This document shows positions 13,170 through 27,390 of a stretch of DNA of 64,000 nucleotides, in pieces (position 1 is the stretch's first letter; every line of letters starts with the position of its first letter). Origin of the DNA: Octopus sinensis (Eukaryota); the NCBI RefSeq assembly GCF_006345805.1, contig NC_043004.1:10912001-10976000 (forward strand), given 5' to 3'. Under the pieces are notes generated by a model that had not been told where the DNA came from, searched no databases, and saw only the letters and a program-made list of their open reading frames with translations. Made by a program: the position numbers and the translations under genes.

Positions 13170-13829
13170 GAGAAAAAGATAAAGAGAGAAGGTCTGTGTG
13201 TGTATATGTGTGTGTGTGACAATAAGTGTGTAAATGTATGTCAGTTTGTGTGTTTATGTGAATAGACAGAGAAACGGGCGTACACATTGAAATAACCTTT
13301 GATCGATTGAAATCGATAAATCAAAGCCAATTGAAGTATCGATTTTTCCTTTCCAATATTGTAGTTTCATATTGAATTTAAATCCTTTGTCTCGGTGCCA
13401 GTATAGTTCAATTGCTTCTCTTTGCTTTGGTTTTGCAAGTCTGAGAAGTTTAGTATCGAAGAGATGCAGAAAAATGTCACATGTTTACCATTCTGTTCTG
13501 TTAACTAAACCGCCATGCTAAAAAGAGAACAATGTTAATACTTTTATCTATTGTTTCTCTTTTTGCTTATAAATTTCAAACAAGAAAAGAAAAAAAAATC
13601 ATAAATCGACAAATTTGTCAATATCAACATCATCATCATCGCGAAGTTAATTCTCGACACCAACATCATCGTCTTTATAATCATCATTATGAACATCATC
13701 AACACCGACGTCGTCGTTGCGGTCTTCGTACTCGTCACCAACACCGACAACAACAACAGCAAACAATGGTCGCGTATTTGTCAGACTCACTTTTTCACAG
13801 CTCGTTTCATTGACAGAGCTTGAGTCTTA

Positions 13830-14125
13830 GTTGAAAGTGAAGACAGAAGTTGAACACCATGCTCTTGAACTGTCTATAGGCACTTGCATCACTCTGCCAT
13901 CTGTAGGTGATCTTCCACTATGGTGTCCTATAGTGAATCAGTGGTGGGTGAAGCCAACGACGCCCTCGAAGACTCTCCGGATAAAGTTGACGTGTTTCAA
14001 AAGACTCTCTTTCAAATGACTCCAGATATACCAGACCTGACAAGCTAACGGAGCAGACTGGTGTCGTTAGCAATTGGGAATAGATTCTAATAGCACGATA
14101 GTGGCTTCAGCATGTTTTTAAACTT
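13830..14125 (+). mobile_element. Possible old CR1-like LINE 3' fragment
   Basis: KVDVFQKTLFQMTPDIPDL resembles VDVGNFKSKLNLFLSRVPDEP at 59.3 kb, and is followed by a degenerate tail (gtggcttcagcatg). Confidence 0.3.
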
Positions 14126-14237
14126 GCGAAAACCTTAAAATAAATTACATGTCTCAAGGAAACCCTGCAGAAAAAAAAATGATATACCATATCATTCTCA
14201 TATATATTTCATCATAGTTCATGTGGTAAATATCATA

Positions 14238-14273
<36 letters not shown>

Positions 14274-14317
14274 TGTATGTATGTATGTATGTATGTATGT
14301 ATGTATGTATGTATATA

Positions 14318-14389
<72 letters not shown>

Positions 14390-14440
14390 GTATGTATGTA
14401 TATATATGTATGTAATATATATATATATATATATATATAT

Positions 14441-14715
14441 TGATCAAAAATGGTAAGACAACAAAAGAAAGAAAGAGACCTCGATATTATGTAAATAGAG
14501 GAATTTATCTGTAAATGTAATATGTGATAGTTATTCGATAGCCATGATAAAGCTCCAAGTTTCGGATGCCGAGGTAGAAATCCACGCTGCCATGTCTACA
14601 GTTATCCAGCCATGCATTTTTTCGATGGCCGGATATCTGAAGAGATGGCAGCGTGGATTTCCACCTCGGCATCCGAAACTCGGAGCCTTATCATGGCTAC
14701 CGAATAACTGTCACA
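14441..14715. mobile_element. Fold-back element, probable Penelope-like pLTR with inverted copy
   Basis: 91-bp inverted arms at 14523-14613 and 14625-14715 (9 mismatches by manual alignment), plus an ~80-bp extension abutting (TA)n. Contains CTGAAGA...GAAAC. Confidence 0.65.
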
Positions 14716-14717
14716 CT

Positions 14718-14755
<38 letters not shown>

Positions 14756-14816
14756 GCGCGCACACACCACACACACACACACATAAATATCATATATATA
14801 TATATATTATATATAT

Positions 14817-14850
<34 letters not shown>

Positions 14851-15463
14851 ATATATATAATATATATATATTCAATTATATATTTAATCATATGCATATA
14901 AATATAATTATATATATAAATATATGTGTGTGTGTGTGTTATGAAGTCAAACCAAATGGCGATATTTTGAAATCTCTTAATACGTTCGTTGTTTCACGTT
15001 TGCGTAATATATAGTAGAAAATGCATACATTAGGTAAAACTGTTAAAGCATTTCAAAATGACTCGAATCAAATAATCTGCTTATGTTTACGGCCAGAAAA
15101 GAAAACAAGATGTATCATTGCTGGAGTACATTTGAAGAAATGTTTGTGCACCCAAGATTGTTTAGGGGTTAAACAGCATAATCAACAATGAATTCTAAGG
15201 GCGCTCAAATCTGATAAAATCTAATCTACATTATAACTTCGTCTGCCACGATATATTGAAACTGGCATTCATACTTACGTACATGGCTCTCTATTTGGAA
15301 TGATTTGGCTGCGCTAACTTTTGATGAAACTCTTACTCTTAGTTAAGTATCAGCATGTGCCATCTTCATAGAAGAAAGAAAAAAGGCATTTCTTAAAATT
15401 TCAAAGAGAACTATACATTTTGTTTGAACTATGTTATTTGATTAGAATATACATACATACATA

Positions 15464-15514
<51 letters not shown>

Positions 15515-15524
15515 TCATATATAC

Positions 15525-15601
<77 letters not shown>

Positions 15602-15764
15602 GTACTATATGCATATGTGTGTATTTGTGTTCACTTTCTCTGCATTGGTTACAGCTTGCGCTTTGATCACTTCGATTTTATATAAATACGAATCCATAGC
15701 CATCAAACTTCAAATACGTAGATAACCTTATAATCACACAAACACATACACCCACACACTTATA

Positions 15765-15799
<35 letters not shown>

Positions 15800-15802
15800 A
15801 TA

Positions 15803-15846
<44 letters not shown>

Positions 15847-15889
15847 TATATATATATACGCGAAGATATACACGTTTAACTAAATAAAT

Positions 15890-16043
15890 GATTAGATAGA
15901 CAGACAGACAGATTTTTCGATAGGTAGATAGATAGATATATAAGTAGATAGATAGATATATAGACAGATAGATATATAGATATATGGATAGATAAGTAGA
16001 TAGATAGATAGAGAAGTAGATAGAGATGTAGACAGATAGATAG

Positions 16044-16074
<31 letters not shown>

Positions 16075-16157
16075 GACAGATATATAGATAGATAAGTAGA
16101 TAGATAGATAGATAAGTAGATAGATAGATAGATAGATAGACAGATAAGAAGATAGAT

Positions 16158-16207
<50 letters not shown>

Positions 16208-16244
16208 GGATAGATAGATAGATAGATAGGTAGATAGACAGATG

Positions 16245-16312
<68 letters not shown>

Positions 16313-16389
16313 GACAGATATATAGATAGATAAGTAGATAGATAGATAGATAAGTAGATAGATAGATAGATAGATAGATAAGAAGATAG

Positions 16390-16420
<31 letters not shown>

Positions 16421-16422
16421 CT

Positions 16423-16501
<79 letters not shown>

Positions 16502-16510
16502 GATAGATAC
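15890..16510. repeat. Long (GATA)n microsatellite with internal higher-order duplication
   Basis: ~620 bp of GATA. The variant block gacagatatatagatagataagtagatagatagatagataagtag recurs near 16074 and 16314. Confidence 0.95.
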
Positions 16511-16863
16511 ATTCAGCTAAAGTATCTCTTAAAATATATGTCGATATGTTATATTATTGAGCAGAAAGTGTTCAGCACTTGAGTTTTAGAATAGCTTGAT
16601 CTAGGTAAACATGGGAAAATATGCCGATACATATGCATGTGTGTGTTTATGTGTGCGCATGTGTGTCTGTGCGTGTGTGTATGTGCGTGTGTGAGTGTGT
16701 GTCTGTATGTGTGTAAATATATATATACATATATATGTATATATCTGTATATATATATATATATATATAATATATATATATATATACATATATATAAATA
16801 TGTATATGCATGTATGTTTATATATGCATGTGTGTGTGCGTATGTGTGCATAGGTTTCAATAC

Positions 16864-16952
<89 letters not shown>

Positions 16953-17070
16953 TATGTGTGTGTGTATGTGTGTTTGTGTATGTATGTATATATATATATA
17001 TGTGTATATATATATATATATGCATCTATATATATCGTCCCGCGCTCTGCGTATATGTGTATGTATATGC

Positions 17071-17133
<63 letters not shown>

Positions 17134-18761
17134 GACAGAGGATAGAGAGAGGGGAGGGAGAAGGGGAAAGAGAGAGCAGAGAGATATAGAGATTTATACA
17201 TACCAGCTTAAGTAGTCATTCCATAGACAAGCATATATAGTTTGAATTGAAGAGCATATTCAGAATTGCGATAAAAAGTAATGAAGTAAAGAAATATATA
17301 CACATAAACCAATAAAATAAATGAGCGAATTTATGTTTGAGACTGTAGATATTAATTCTTGTTATGAAGGAGACTGATTCTAAATGGAAATGCAACATAG
17401 AAGAATTTAAAGTATTCTCTTATATCGAGTACTTTATTCCTTATATTCCCATCCTCACGTTCTTGGTCGCTTATGCTCTTCCGTACAATTGTTTTGGTAC
17501 TTGTCAATTGGTTTACAGCAAAAAAACAAACAAACAAACAAACAAACAAAACAAAACAAACAAAAATGTATCTTTATTGTGAGCAAAATATGAATGGAAT
17601 AAACATTTTAAAGTTGATCGAAGAGGAGAGAGAGAAAGCTGAAGGAGGAGGAGAAATAGAAGGAGTAGGAAGAGTAGGAGGTGGTGGAATGGTTGGCAAG
17701 GAAAACGAAAACAAAGAGAAAGAAGGATAACGATTATCGTTGTGGATGATGGCGGTGATGTTACTGATGGCGGCGAAGGCTGTAGTGAATTAGTGGTGTG
17801 TTGCTGGTTTGGTGGTGGTGGTGGTGGTGATAATGTTGGTGACGGCGGTGGTGGTAGGAGGGAAGTTGGTAATAGTGGTACTGGTAGTGTTGGTAGTCGT
17901 CGTGGCCATGGTGTTGTTGGATGTGGTGGTGGTGGTGGTGGTGGTGATAAGGATTATGAATATATAGAGCTGGTGGGTTTCATAAGGATGCCAATGTTAA
18001 TGGTAGTCTATGATAAGGACAATCATGTCATTGCTGATGAGGATGCTGGTGAAAATGATAATGATGATGGTGGTGGTAGTGGTGGTGGTAATCTCACACT
18101 CACACGTCCATCTCATATTCACGTAAATACATCTTTCATTTTCTCTTTTCTTTCACTTTAAAGCAAAAGTAAATAAATAAAAAAATTACGGAAATTAACG
18201 AACTCAGGATGACTGTTCTGAGATTCAGTGCGAAAGTTTGCCATTCACATGGAAATAATTTTTAAAAAAAGACCATTAAATTATTACCTGTTTAACTAAA
18301 GCTAAAATAGCTAATATATAAATATTTACAGTACAAACAACTTACATCTTTGAAATCACATTCAGTTAAAATATTTCTAAATTATTAAAATATTGTGTAC
18401 GTCAAAAAGTCAACGCTTTTCTTTTCTTAGAGAGCGTGATGACTATGTGTGTGTATATGTAACAGATAATAGACGTGTGTTTGTGTTGACTGATTAGCCA
18501 TGACATTCAGTATATGTGTATTCTTTATATGTGTACGTGTATTGACGTCATGGAAGCCATGGTCAAGAAATAACAAACAAAAATTGTGTTTAATCGTTTT
18601 CATTAATAAACAGATGTCCAAATATCACAACAATTTGTACTGCAGTGCGTAAGGTAAGTAAAAAATAAATAAATATGCAAAAAATTAAGATGAAATATAC
18701 TATTTGTGAGATATAATGGGTACACACAAACATGTCTAGAGTTTTTATATTATTAAGATAA

Positions 18762-19048
18762 ATCTTTTATCTTTTATCTTCTACTGGTTTCAGCCCAGGG
18801 CTGGAGATATGCTGGTTCACCACCTGCTGTTAGTCGGTGTTGTTTCCGATATTGTTTTTGGTGAAGTAACGAGTTGGACGGAGCTGTTCTTATTTGCGTC
18901 TCCTGCTGCGATGTGGGTTCATATGGTATCTCAGATAGGAACCTGTCCAGACGTTACTTTAAAACTTCCACATCAGCACTAATGTTGCCTGGAAGAATGT
19001 TAAAAAATGCGAGCCCTTAAAAACCCAGACAATTGCAGTACTGTGTTC
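18762..19048 (-). mobile_element. CR1-like LINE 3' end (5'-truncated)
   Basis: Minus strand reads VFKGSH(fs)NILPGNISADVEVLK*RLDRFLSEIPYEPTSQQETQIRTAPSNSLLHQ, homologous to the copy at 59290. Ends ggtggtgaaccagcat...gctgaaaccagtagaagataaaagataaaaga. Confidence 0.7.
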
Positions 19049-19109
19049 ACACACACACACGCACACACACATATATATGTATGTGGGTGTGTGTTTGGGT
19101 GTGTGTGTC

Positions 19110-19335
19110 TGTGTGTTTTGTGTGTGTATGCTTGTGTGTCTGTGTTTGTCCCCCACCATTGCTTGACAACCGATGTTGCTATGTTTACGTGCCTGTGAGC
19201 TAGCGGTTTAGCAAAAGAAACCGATAGAATAAGTACTAGGCTTACAAAAAACAATAAGACCTAGGGTCGATTTGTACGACTAAAGGCTGTGCTCCAGCAT
19301 GGCTGCAGACAAATGACTGAACCAAACAAAAGTAT
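19110..19335 (+). mobile_element. SINE family 2, 3' half
   Basis: gtttgtcccccaccattgcttgacaaccgat...gcaaaagaaaccgatagaataagtac...gtgctccagcatggctgcag matches 62450-62650. Confidence 0.8.
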
Positions 19336-19489
19336 AAAATTAATATATATTATATATATATATATACATACATACATACGTACATACATGCATACATACA
19401 TACATACATACATACATACATACATACATACATACATACATACATACATACATACATGCATACATACATATACATTGCGTTCGAAGTGA

Positions 19490-20202
19490 CAAGTCGCATA
19501 ATTGTCGTGGGAGACTATCGAGAATACGATGAATGCTAGCATCAGCTTTGTAGCCACAACTATCTGTCTTGTTAAATAACTGGTTAATCTTCAGATGAAT
19601 TAACTGAGGGAGCCTCTTATTCACGATTGTAGTGATTTTCGACTGACATATGAATTTAGCATGCAGAGAGCTACTACAAACAACATGGTTGGACACAACA
19701 TCAACAACAACACAATCGAGGAAAAGAACGAAAAAATCAGCTCAACAGGTAAAAAAGAAAAATTCTAGACGTAGTTAGAGAAGAAACCGTAACTACAACA
19801 CTTATTTCTCTTGGAGTTATGAATTGAATAATGATCTATTTAACTACTGCGAAAAAGCGAATCAAAGCCGACGCATTTGGTTATATGAATCGATTGAAAT
19901 CATTTTGGGACGATCTGCATCCTGAATTAAATCATTTTACTGCGAAGCGACTACGTCAACAAGCAACATTTGTAGAACATGTAACTGTAACTTTATTAAA
20001 AAATCGAAAATTAACTTTCTTCTCAAGTCCATAAACAAAAACGAAAACATGTGTGATATAAAACCACCACGTTGTTTCGCAGCTAGCGACATTCCAGGAG
20101 ATTCTATATGCCTGCCAGCCAAACTACCTTACTACCAAGTGACTGACCACTGCCTCTCGACTACGACTATGATAAATAGCACGCAAAACCGCAACGATTA
20201 TT

Positions 20203-20248
<46 letters not shown>

Positions 20249-21597
20249 TAGTAGTCGGGGTTATATGCCGATGAAATGTTCTGACTGAAATTTTCAAAGA
20301 AAAAGTAACTTTGGCTTTGAAGGACTCTCTCGGAGAGAGAGTATTCTCTACCAAAGTAAGTAAAAAAAACGACCAGATACGGTATTAAAAGCTGTTAACA
20401 AAATTGGTGATGAGTATTTACAACAGTGTGATGAACCCACACACTGGCAGATTAACGCCTATCTATATGCTCAGGCTACTACTGTAAAACAGTACATGAA
20501 TGATATTCAAAAGGTAAGCAATAACAAAGAAAGTACCATCATGAATTTTGAAGACAGAAGAAAAGAAGAATGTAAAGGAGACAGAAATGGTGTTTGGAGA
20601 GGAGCTAAAAGTTGTCGGTGAAAAACTCCGATATCGAAAGAGAATAACCGAGAGAAGAACAATAAACAAAAAATTTAACTTCAGCCAGGCCGAAGCATAT
20701 TCCAAGGAAACATGACAGGATGAGCAGTAAACGTCACGGAAGCTCCTCCACGAACAGACATAGACCCTTTCAAGACGTGAAAACAAGGTGGCAGAAGCTT
20801 AACACCGATCCAAAATGCCTTTGAATGTCGCATCATATCCCTTAGGCAACATCTTTTAACCGCCAAGTGTCGAAGTGCATCCCTTGACCAAATTTGCTTA
20901 CATGAGGCTGATATCATAAGACTTGGAAGGTATCTCCTTAAGCAATACTCTTTGTGTGATAACCTAAAATACATGCCTAAAGAAGTCGCACGACTCTACC
21001 GCAGCATATCAGATGAAAGGATGAGCCTATATGAGAATACTATGCATATATATGTTAGTAGAAAGCCCTGTTATGATAGTAACATCGATCAACAAAGCAG
21101 TTTTATCATGGACCAATAGCCTGATTACTACTTCCCACTTTGAAGGTTATGTGTTTGCAATCCAAGAATAGGAAATACCAAGCAAGTACCCGATGCACAA
21201 AAAGAATAGAAATGCAGGAATAGACGTAAAATGTGGCAACCAATGCAGACTTTGTGGAGTTCACACTGAAGATATCAACCAAATCATAAGCAGTTGTCCG
21301 AAAATGTCATCACGGTATTATCTACCGATGAAACATGAAGTTGTAGCTAGGACACCCTATGATGAAATCCGTTGGAAGGATAATACCGAGGATAATGAAA
21401 TAAAAACCCACAATATGGTAAAGACCGTAACCACTCATAATAAAAAGGAATACAAGTGGAATGTACCATTGAAGACCTCAATAAAATGTAAGCACAACAG
21501 ACCTGATATCATGATTTGTGATAGAGAAGAGAAATTGTGCACCGTTGTGGAATCTAGCTGCCCAGCGGATGTTAACATAAAGCTAAAGAGCTGGAGG
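19490..21597 (+). mobile_element. Decayed, internally deleted R4/Dong-clade RLE retrotransposon (lineage C)
   Basis: N-terminal segment GYMNRLKSFWDDLHPELNHFTAKRLRQQA, post-RT RKQGGRSLTPIQNAFECRIISLRQHL, CCHC-type knuckle CRLCGVHTEDINQIISSC (H ligand lost), and restriction-like endonuclease motif HNRPDIMICD...VESSCP. The central RT is missing. Confidence 0.8.
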
Positions 21598-22289
21598 TAA
21601 TGCAAGTAAGGTGTTTTATACTACGCACCAAAGATTCTACCAACACAGCGCCATTTTGTAGCTACCAATAATAAATAGATAAATGTGATTAATAGTCACC
21701 TTTGGTAAGATTGGGTATCATGATGTTGCTTTATGGAAAAGGAAGAAAGTCATAAATATTCAGATATATAGATGTGTTAAAGCTATTACCGCTATGGCAA
21801 AGAATAAATATGACAAGGAAGTAGGCAGAATTTTTTTTAATATCTAAGCAACTGAAATAACGAAGAAACTAAAATATATATCAATATATCTACACTGCTT
21901 AAACGTTGAGCATAGTAAAGCTTAGTCGTCATTCGCCGGCGTGTATGATCTGGTAGATTTTATTATGCTTTCGACCTTCGTATTAAATGTGCATGCATTC
22001 GCAAGTAGACATAGGCATCTTGTCGGTACCACCACCCTTGACCCAGAGTAGCCTCACGGATGTAGCAGTTGGAAAGAAACTGATAAATCGGCATAATTCC
22101 TCGACTGGAGCAAAGTAAAATGGCATGTCTTGCTTAGACATTAAGCTTCGTCTGATCCTAGTTTTGTACTAATGAACTTCGGATCATAAGCCCAGCACAA
22201 TAAGCAAGACTTCACTGAGATTTTTAAATAATCACAATGGTTTCTGATTTAAAACAAACCAAGCGATTTCGTGAGGAAGTGTTTAATCG

Positions 22290-22420
22290 CACCATCGATC
22301 TTAGTATTTGACGAGTCCATTATTTTTCGACTCCGAAAGTGTGAGCTACAAAACTGACCTCTGAGAAATTTGAATTCCGTATGTAAAAAGCCGGCACAAA
22401 TACGCTCTACCGATTCTGCC
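22290..22420 (-). mobile_element. Degenerate SINE family 1
   Basis: Reverse complement of the family 1 core and head (tttgaattccgtatgtaaaaagccgg...gattctgcca). Confidence 0.5.
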
Positions 22421-23694
22421 AATCATGCCCTTTTGCCTTCTTCACATATAATCATAACAGAAAAAAGGAAAATTAATTCAATGATCTTTGTTCCCGCAAC
22501 ATTTTGGTTTCTTGCCACCTCCCCTTGAGACCACCTGACTCACTCGTGTTTCCTCTTATCGTCACCCATTTTTTTAATTTTCAAGACCCCAAGCCCTGTG
22601 TCAACAACCACACTCAGTTCTTCTCGCAAGAATGTCATCCCATTGGCATTTTCTTTCTGCTGATGTCTTTCCTGTATTTATCAACTTGCAACGGTTTTAC
22701 CATTCTCGAAGGGACTGCGAAGGGCATGGACGCTTCTCCTAGTCAATACAACAGTTAGAAAAATAAAGGTAAGAGGGAGTAGTCGGGTGGACACAGAATA
22801 AATCAATTACCTCGATGTGGCTGCTTCTGTCGTTTCGTTGTTACTGAGCACGTGTCCTAGTTGCAAACACTGTATCGCATTTTCGGATGTGATTTTTCTA
22901 TTTATTTATTGCAGATATACTACATGTAAAACAACCTCGACTAATATATCCTTCCAATTTTAACACAATACAGTGTAATTTGATTACGAATAACATTGCT
23001 GATATTTCTAGCGAGTAGACAGTACGCCTTGAGGCGTAGTAATTTATAAAGTTTTGTCCCCCAGAGTAGAGCATCTAATTCTGTATACCCAAGCTCACAT
23101 ATGACAAATCGGTTAATATTAGATTAGACAATTATGTGTCTGATTCAACTAGTATTGTATCTGGTATTCTTTAAATGCAACAAAACTACAGAGTCTGTAG
23201 ACAATATTCATTTTAACAATCAGATCCTGTGAGTACAAATTAACAAATCAGAAATTAAAATCAATTAATGAAATGAATAAAAACAAATCTAACGAGATAG
23301 TATTTTGATGTTCTCGGTTTTGTAAATTAATTGATATTTATAATAATTGCTTTTAAAATTATTAAAAGTTACTGCAAACACGCTCGTAAACGCTTACAGG
23401 CACACCCATCTAATTATAGTCACAAATATATACACATACAATAAGAAGGAACATTTACGCATGCATAAATTTAAATATACATATGCATACACACAATTAT
23501 GTTTGTGTACGTATATCTTGCGCTTGCGTGTGTGCGCTTGCGAGAACCAGTGCGTGTGTATCTATGTGTGTGTGTGTGTGTGTGGGTGTTTGTTAGTGTT
23601 TGTGTGCTTGAACGTGTCTCTTCATCATGCTTGCCCTCGTACGCAAATTCAAATGCACGAAAGTTTATAAGAATATATATACATATGAATATAT

Positions 23695-23766
<72 letters not shown>

Positions 23767-24025
23767 TATATACATATATACACAGACACACATATACATA
23801 TAGTGAGTGGGAGAGAGAGAGAGAGAGAGAATGAGACAGAGAGGGATGTGTCGACTTACAAAACTGACTGACATCAAAATAATATCCAGACAGACAAAAT
23901 AGTACAGATGACGCGAACGAAAACACTTTATAGAGATTACGCAAAAAGAAATACTGTAATAATATATATTTATTTATATATATATATAATAAAGATAAAC
24001 TAAGAGGAAAATTAAATCATATATA

Positions 24026-24085
<60 letters not shown>

Positions 24086-24152
24086 TATGTATACGCATAC
24101 ATATGTATGTGTATATGTATATACATATATATTTGTGTGTGTCTGCGTGTAT

Positions 24153-24194
<42 letters not shown>

Positions 24195-24339
24195 TCATAT
24201 GTATGTATCAATCTATCGATTTGTCTATTTATCTGCCTGTATGCATGCGTGTATATATATATGTATGTAATGTAAGTATGTACGCATGTATGTGTCTGTG
24301 TAAATATCTATCTATCTACATATTTATAAAAGCATATAT

Positions 24340-24368
<29 letters not shown>

Positions 24369-24371
<3 letters not shown>

Positions 24372-24506
24372 GAATGGTTGTATACTGTCAATCTAACAAG
24401 AACGTGACAGTAGGGGGTACACCACCGTTGTGTACCCCCTACTGTCTCGGTGGTGTACCCCCTACTGTCACGTTCTTGTTAGATTGACAGTATACAACCA
24501 TTCTAT
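24369..24506. repeat. Perfect 59-bp inverted repeat with 20-nt spacer
   Basis: 24369-24427 is the exact reverse complement of 24448-24506. The element lies between two (TA)n tracts. Confidence 0.95.
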
Positions 24507-24548
24507 CGCCCCACCACCGTACATGTCTCTACGAGAGATTTAGAAATT

Positions 24549-24610
<62 letters not shown>

Positions 24611-25319
24611 GCATGTTTAAGAACGCACGTGTATGCGTGCACACATGGCATTGTCCTAATATGTTAACCTGAAGCATAAAACTATTGTTTTTACATGCGG
24701 GAGTTTATATTAATGTATTTGTATGTTTTACAATTTTTCAAGTTGAGGCGTACACACACACACACACATGCACACACAAACACATGCACACACTAGAGCG
24801 CACGCACACACAGAAACGCATGAACATACATATGAACGTATACGCGTGTTTGCGTACGCTTCTCCCAATTTGTGTTTGTGCGTTGTTGAGAGTGTGTAAG
24901 TATCTATAGAATTATAGTTAAATTACGAATAGTATGCACCCATAGAAGCAGATATTCTCAGAAGAGCACACACATTCGCTTACAAATAGAAATCTGTGTG
25001 TATCTAAATGTTAAATGCTATATTTATTATAAATATATATCAGGAACCAATAAAAGACTAATAGAGTGGATATACTGTACTATGTATGTATGTATGTATG
25101 TATGTATGTATGTATGTATGTATGTATGTATGCATGTATGTATGTATGTATGTATGTATGTATGTATGTATGTATGTATGTATGTATGTATGTATGTGCG
25201 TATGTATGTATGTGTGGTTGTATTATGTATGTATGTATATGTGTATGTATGTATGTACGTATGTATATATGTATGTATTTCTAAATTTCATTTTCACATA
25301 GACGCACGGGAGTGTTCGC

Positions 25320-25371
<52 letters not shown>

Positions 25372-25466
25372 GCGTGTGTGTGCGTGCGTGTGTGTGTGTA
25401 TACATTATTATATATATATATATGCATACATATAATACATACAAATTTATATAATATATACTTACA

Positions 25467-25565
<99 letters not shown>

Positions 25566-26039
25566 TGTATATATATATGCACACACATATATATGAACAC
25601 AGCGCATAGGAAGGGAGAGAGAAGAATTGTCTGAAAGCATGAAAATCTGCCAAATTCCCAGGACAACAATTAAACGGGACAGACAATTCATTTATCGATC
25701 TTTAGAGAACAATTATCGGTCTAAACACAAAAAGGAACTAATGAGAAGTGTATTCGAAAAGTTCTTCTCATTAATTGTTCTTGATTAATTCCAGTAGAAA
25801 TTGTCTCCTAGTGTCCTCATTGACCGCTAGGTGTTATACAGTTCGGTTTAGAGCATAACGTAACATTTGACGGTGCCGAGTGCTCAGATGGGTAACTATT
25901 CCATACATTTCTCTACACACGTGTTTGTATATAATACACACGTGTGTATATATGAGTATACACACGTGCATACTCGGCATAAGGAGTACCGACATACATA
26001 CTCTCCTAAACACATATATAGCTAGAGAAATATTTAAAC

Positions 26040-26079
26040 ATGTATTTATATATATATATACATACATATAAATGTATGC

Positions 26080-26126
<47 letters not shown>

Positions 26127-26130
26127 TATG

Positions 26131-26173
<43 letters not shown>

Positions 26174-26211
26174 TAATATACATATATATATACACACATT
26201 TATATAAAAAC

Positions 26212-26246
<35 letters not shown>

Positions 26247-26335
26247 TACATGTATATACGTTCACAGATCTATACACGTATACACGCACAGACATAGATA
26301 TGCATATCTACATATATACATATATATATATGAAT

Positions 26336-26383
<48 letters not shown>

Positions 26384-26760
26384 TATATATATGTATGAAT
26401 ACACATGTATATATATACATATATAATATACATATATATATACATATATAATCATACATATATACATATATATATATACATACATACATACATATATATA
26501 CATACATATATACATACACACATACATACATACATACATATATACATATATATATATACATACATACATATATATATATACATACATACATATTTACATA
26601 CACACATACATATATACATATGTATATATATATATGTATATATATGTATATATATATATACATATATATATGTTCATACATATATCTATATCGTCTGTAT
26701 ATATATATGTATATATATACATATATATATATATATGCTCATACATATATCTATATTGTC
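26040..26760. repeat. (TA)n/(TACA)n compound microsatellite block
   Basis: Directly visible. One of many such blocks; others lie near 16.7-17.1, 24.0-24.4, 25.1-25.6, 36.8-37.2, 40.9-41.4 and 60.9-61.3 kb. Confidence 0.95.
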
Positions 26761-27082
26761 TATGCATCCATATCTACAGGCTTACATATATGGATATTAT
26801 ATAGACACTTATATCTGATTAAGCATGGAAAGTGGATATATTGTTACTAATATATGCGTGTTTATTTATCAAATGTAATAAATTGAATAATATTTACTAT
26901 TTATCCCCGAAGCCGAATGTGAAAAGTAATTCAGTGTGTGTTGTATATATACAATGCTGTATTGAAGACAAGTTGTTCTCGATTGTTTGTGATATTATCT
27001 TCACTTCACCGCATGAAACGGCTTCATTCGTATCCTCGTTTGTTTTCCCTTCTTAACAGTTTACTTCTGGCTACAGGATCTG

Positions 27083-27292
27083 TCATCATCTCCGCCGTCG
27101 TTGTCGTAGTCGTTATCGTCGTCGTTGTCATCGTCAAATTCATCATCTCTAGCAACACCACCACCACCACCACCACCACTATCATCCCCACCATCTGCAT
27201 CATCGTCGTTGTCGTCGTCGTCGTCGCATTCGTCATTGTCATCGCCATCATCACCACCACCACCACCACCATGATCATCATCATCATCATCG

Positions 27293-27341
<49 letters not shown>

Positions 27342-27390
27342 TATTGTCATCATCATCATCATCATCATCAGCATCATCATCATCATCATT
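27083..27390. repeat. Compound trinucleotide array (GTC/ATC/ACC)n
   Basis: Directly visible; it produces the spurious poly-D/M/I ORFs and abuts a SINE head at ~27391. Confidence 0.95.

Noticed and set aside
22504-22775. Non-repetitive pyrimidine-rich ORF/exon with a downstream AAG|GTAAGA donor
   Set aside because: All three frames stop before the donor and no domain is recognisable. A UTR exon cannot be excluded.
25733-25782. Short hairpin (taatgagaag/cttctcatta) in a unique island, possible pre-miRNA
   Set aside because: The stem is about 16 bp with a large bulge, too short for a canonical pre-miRNA.
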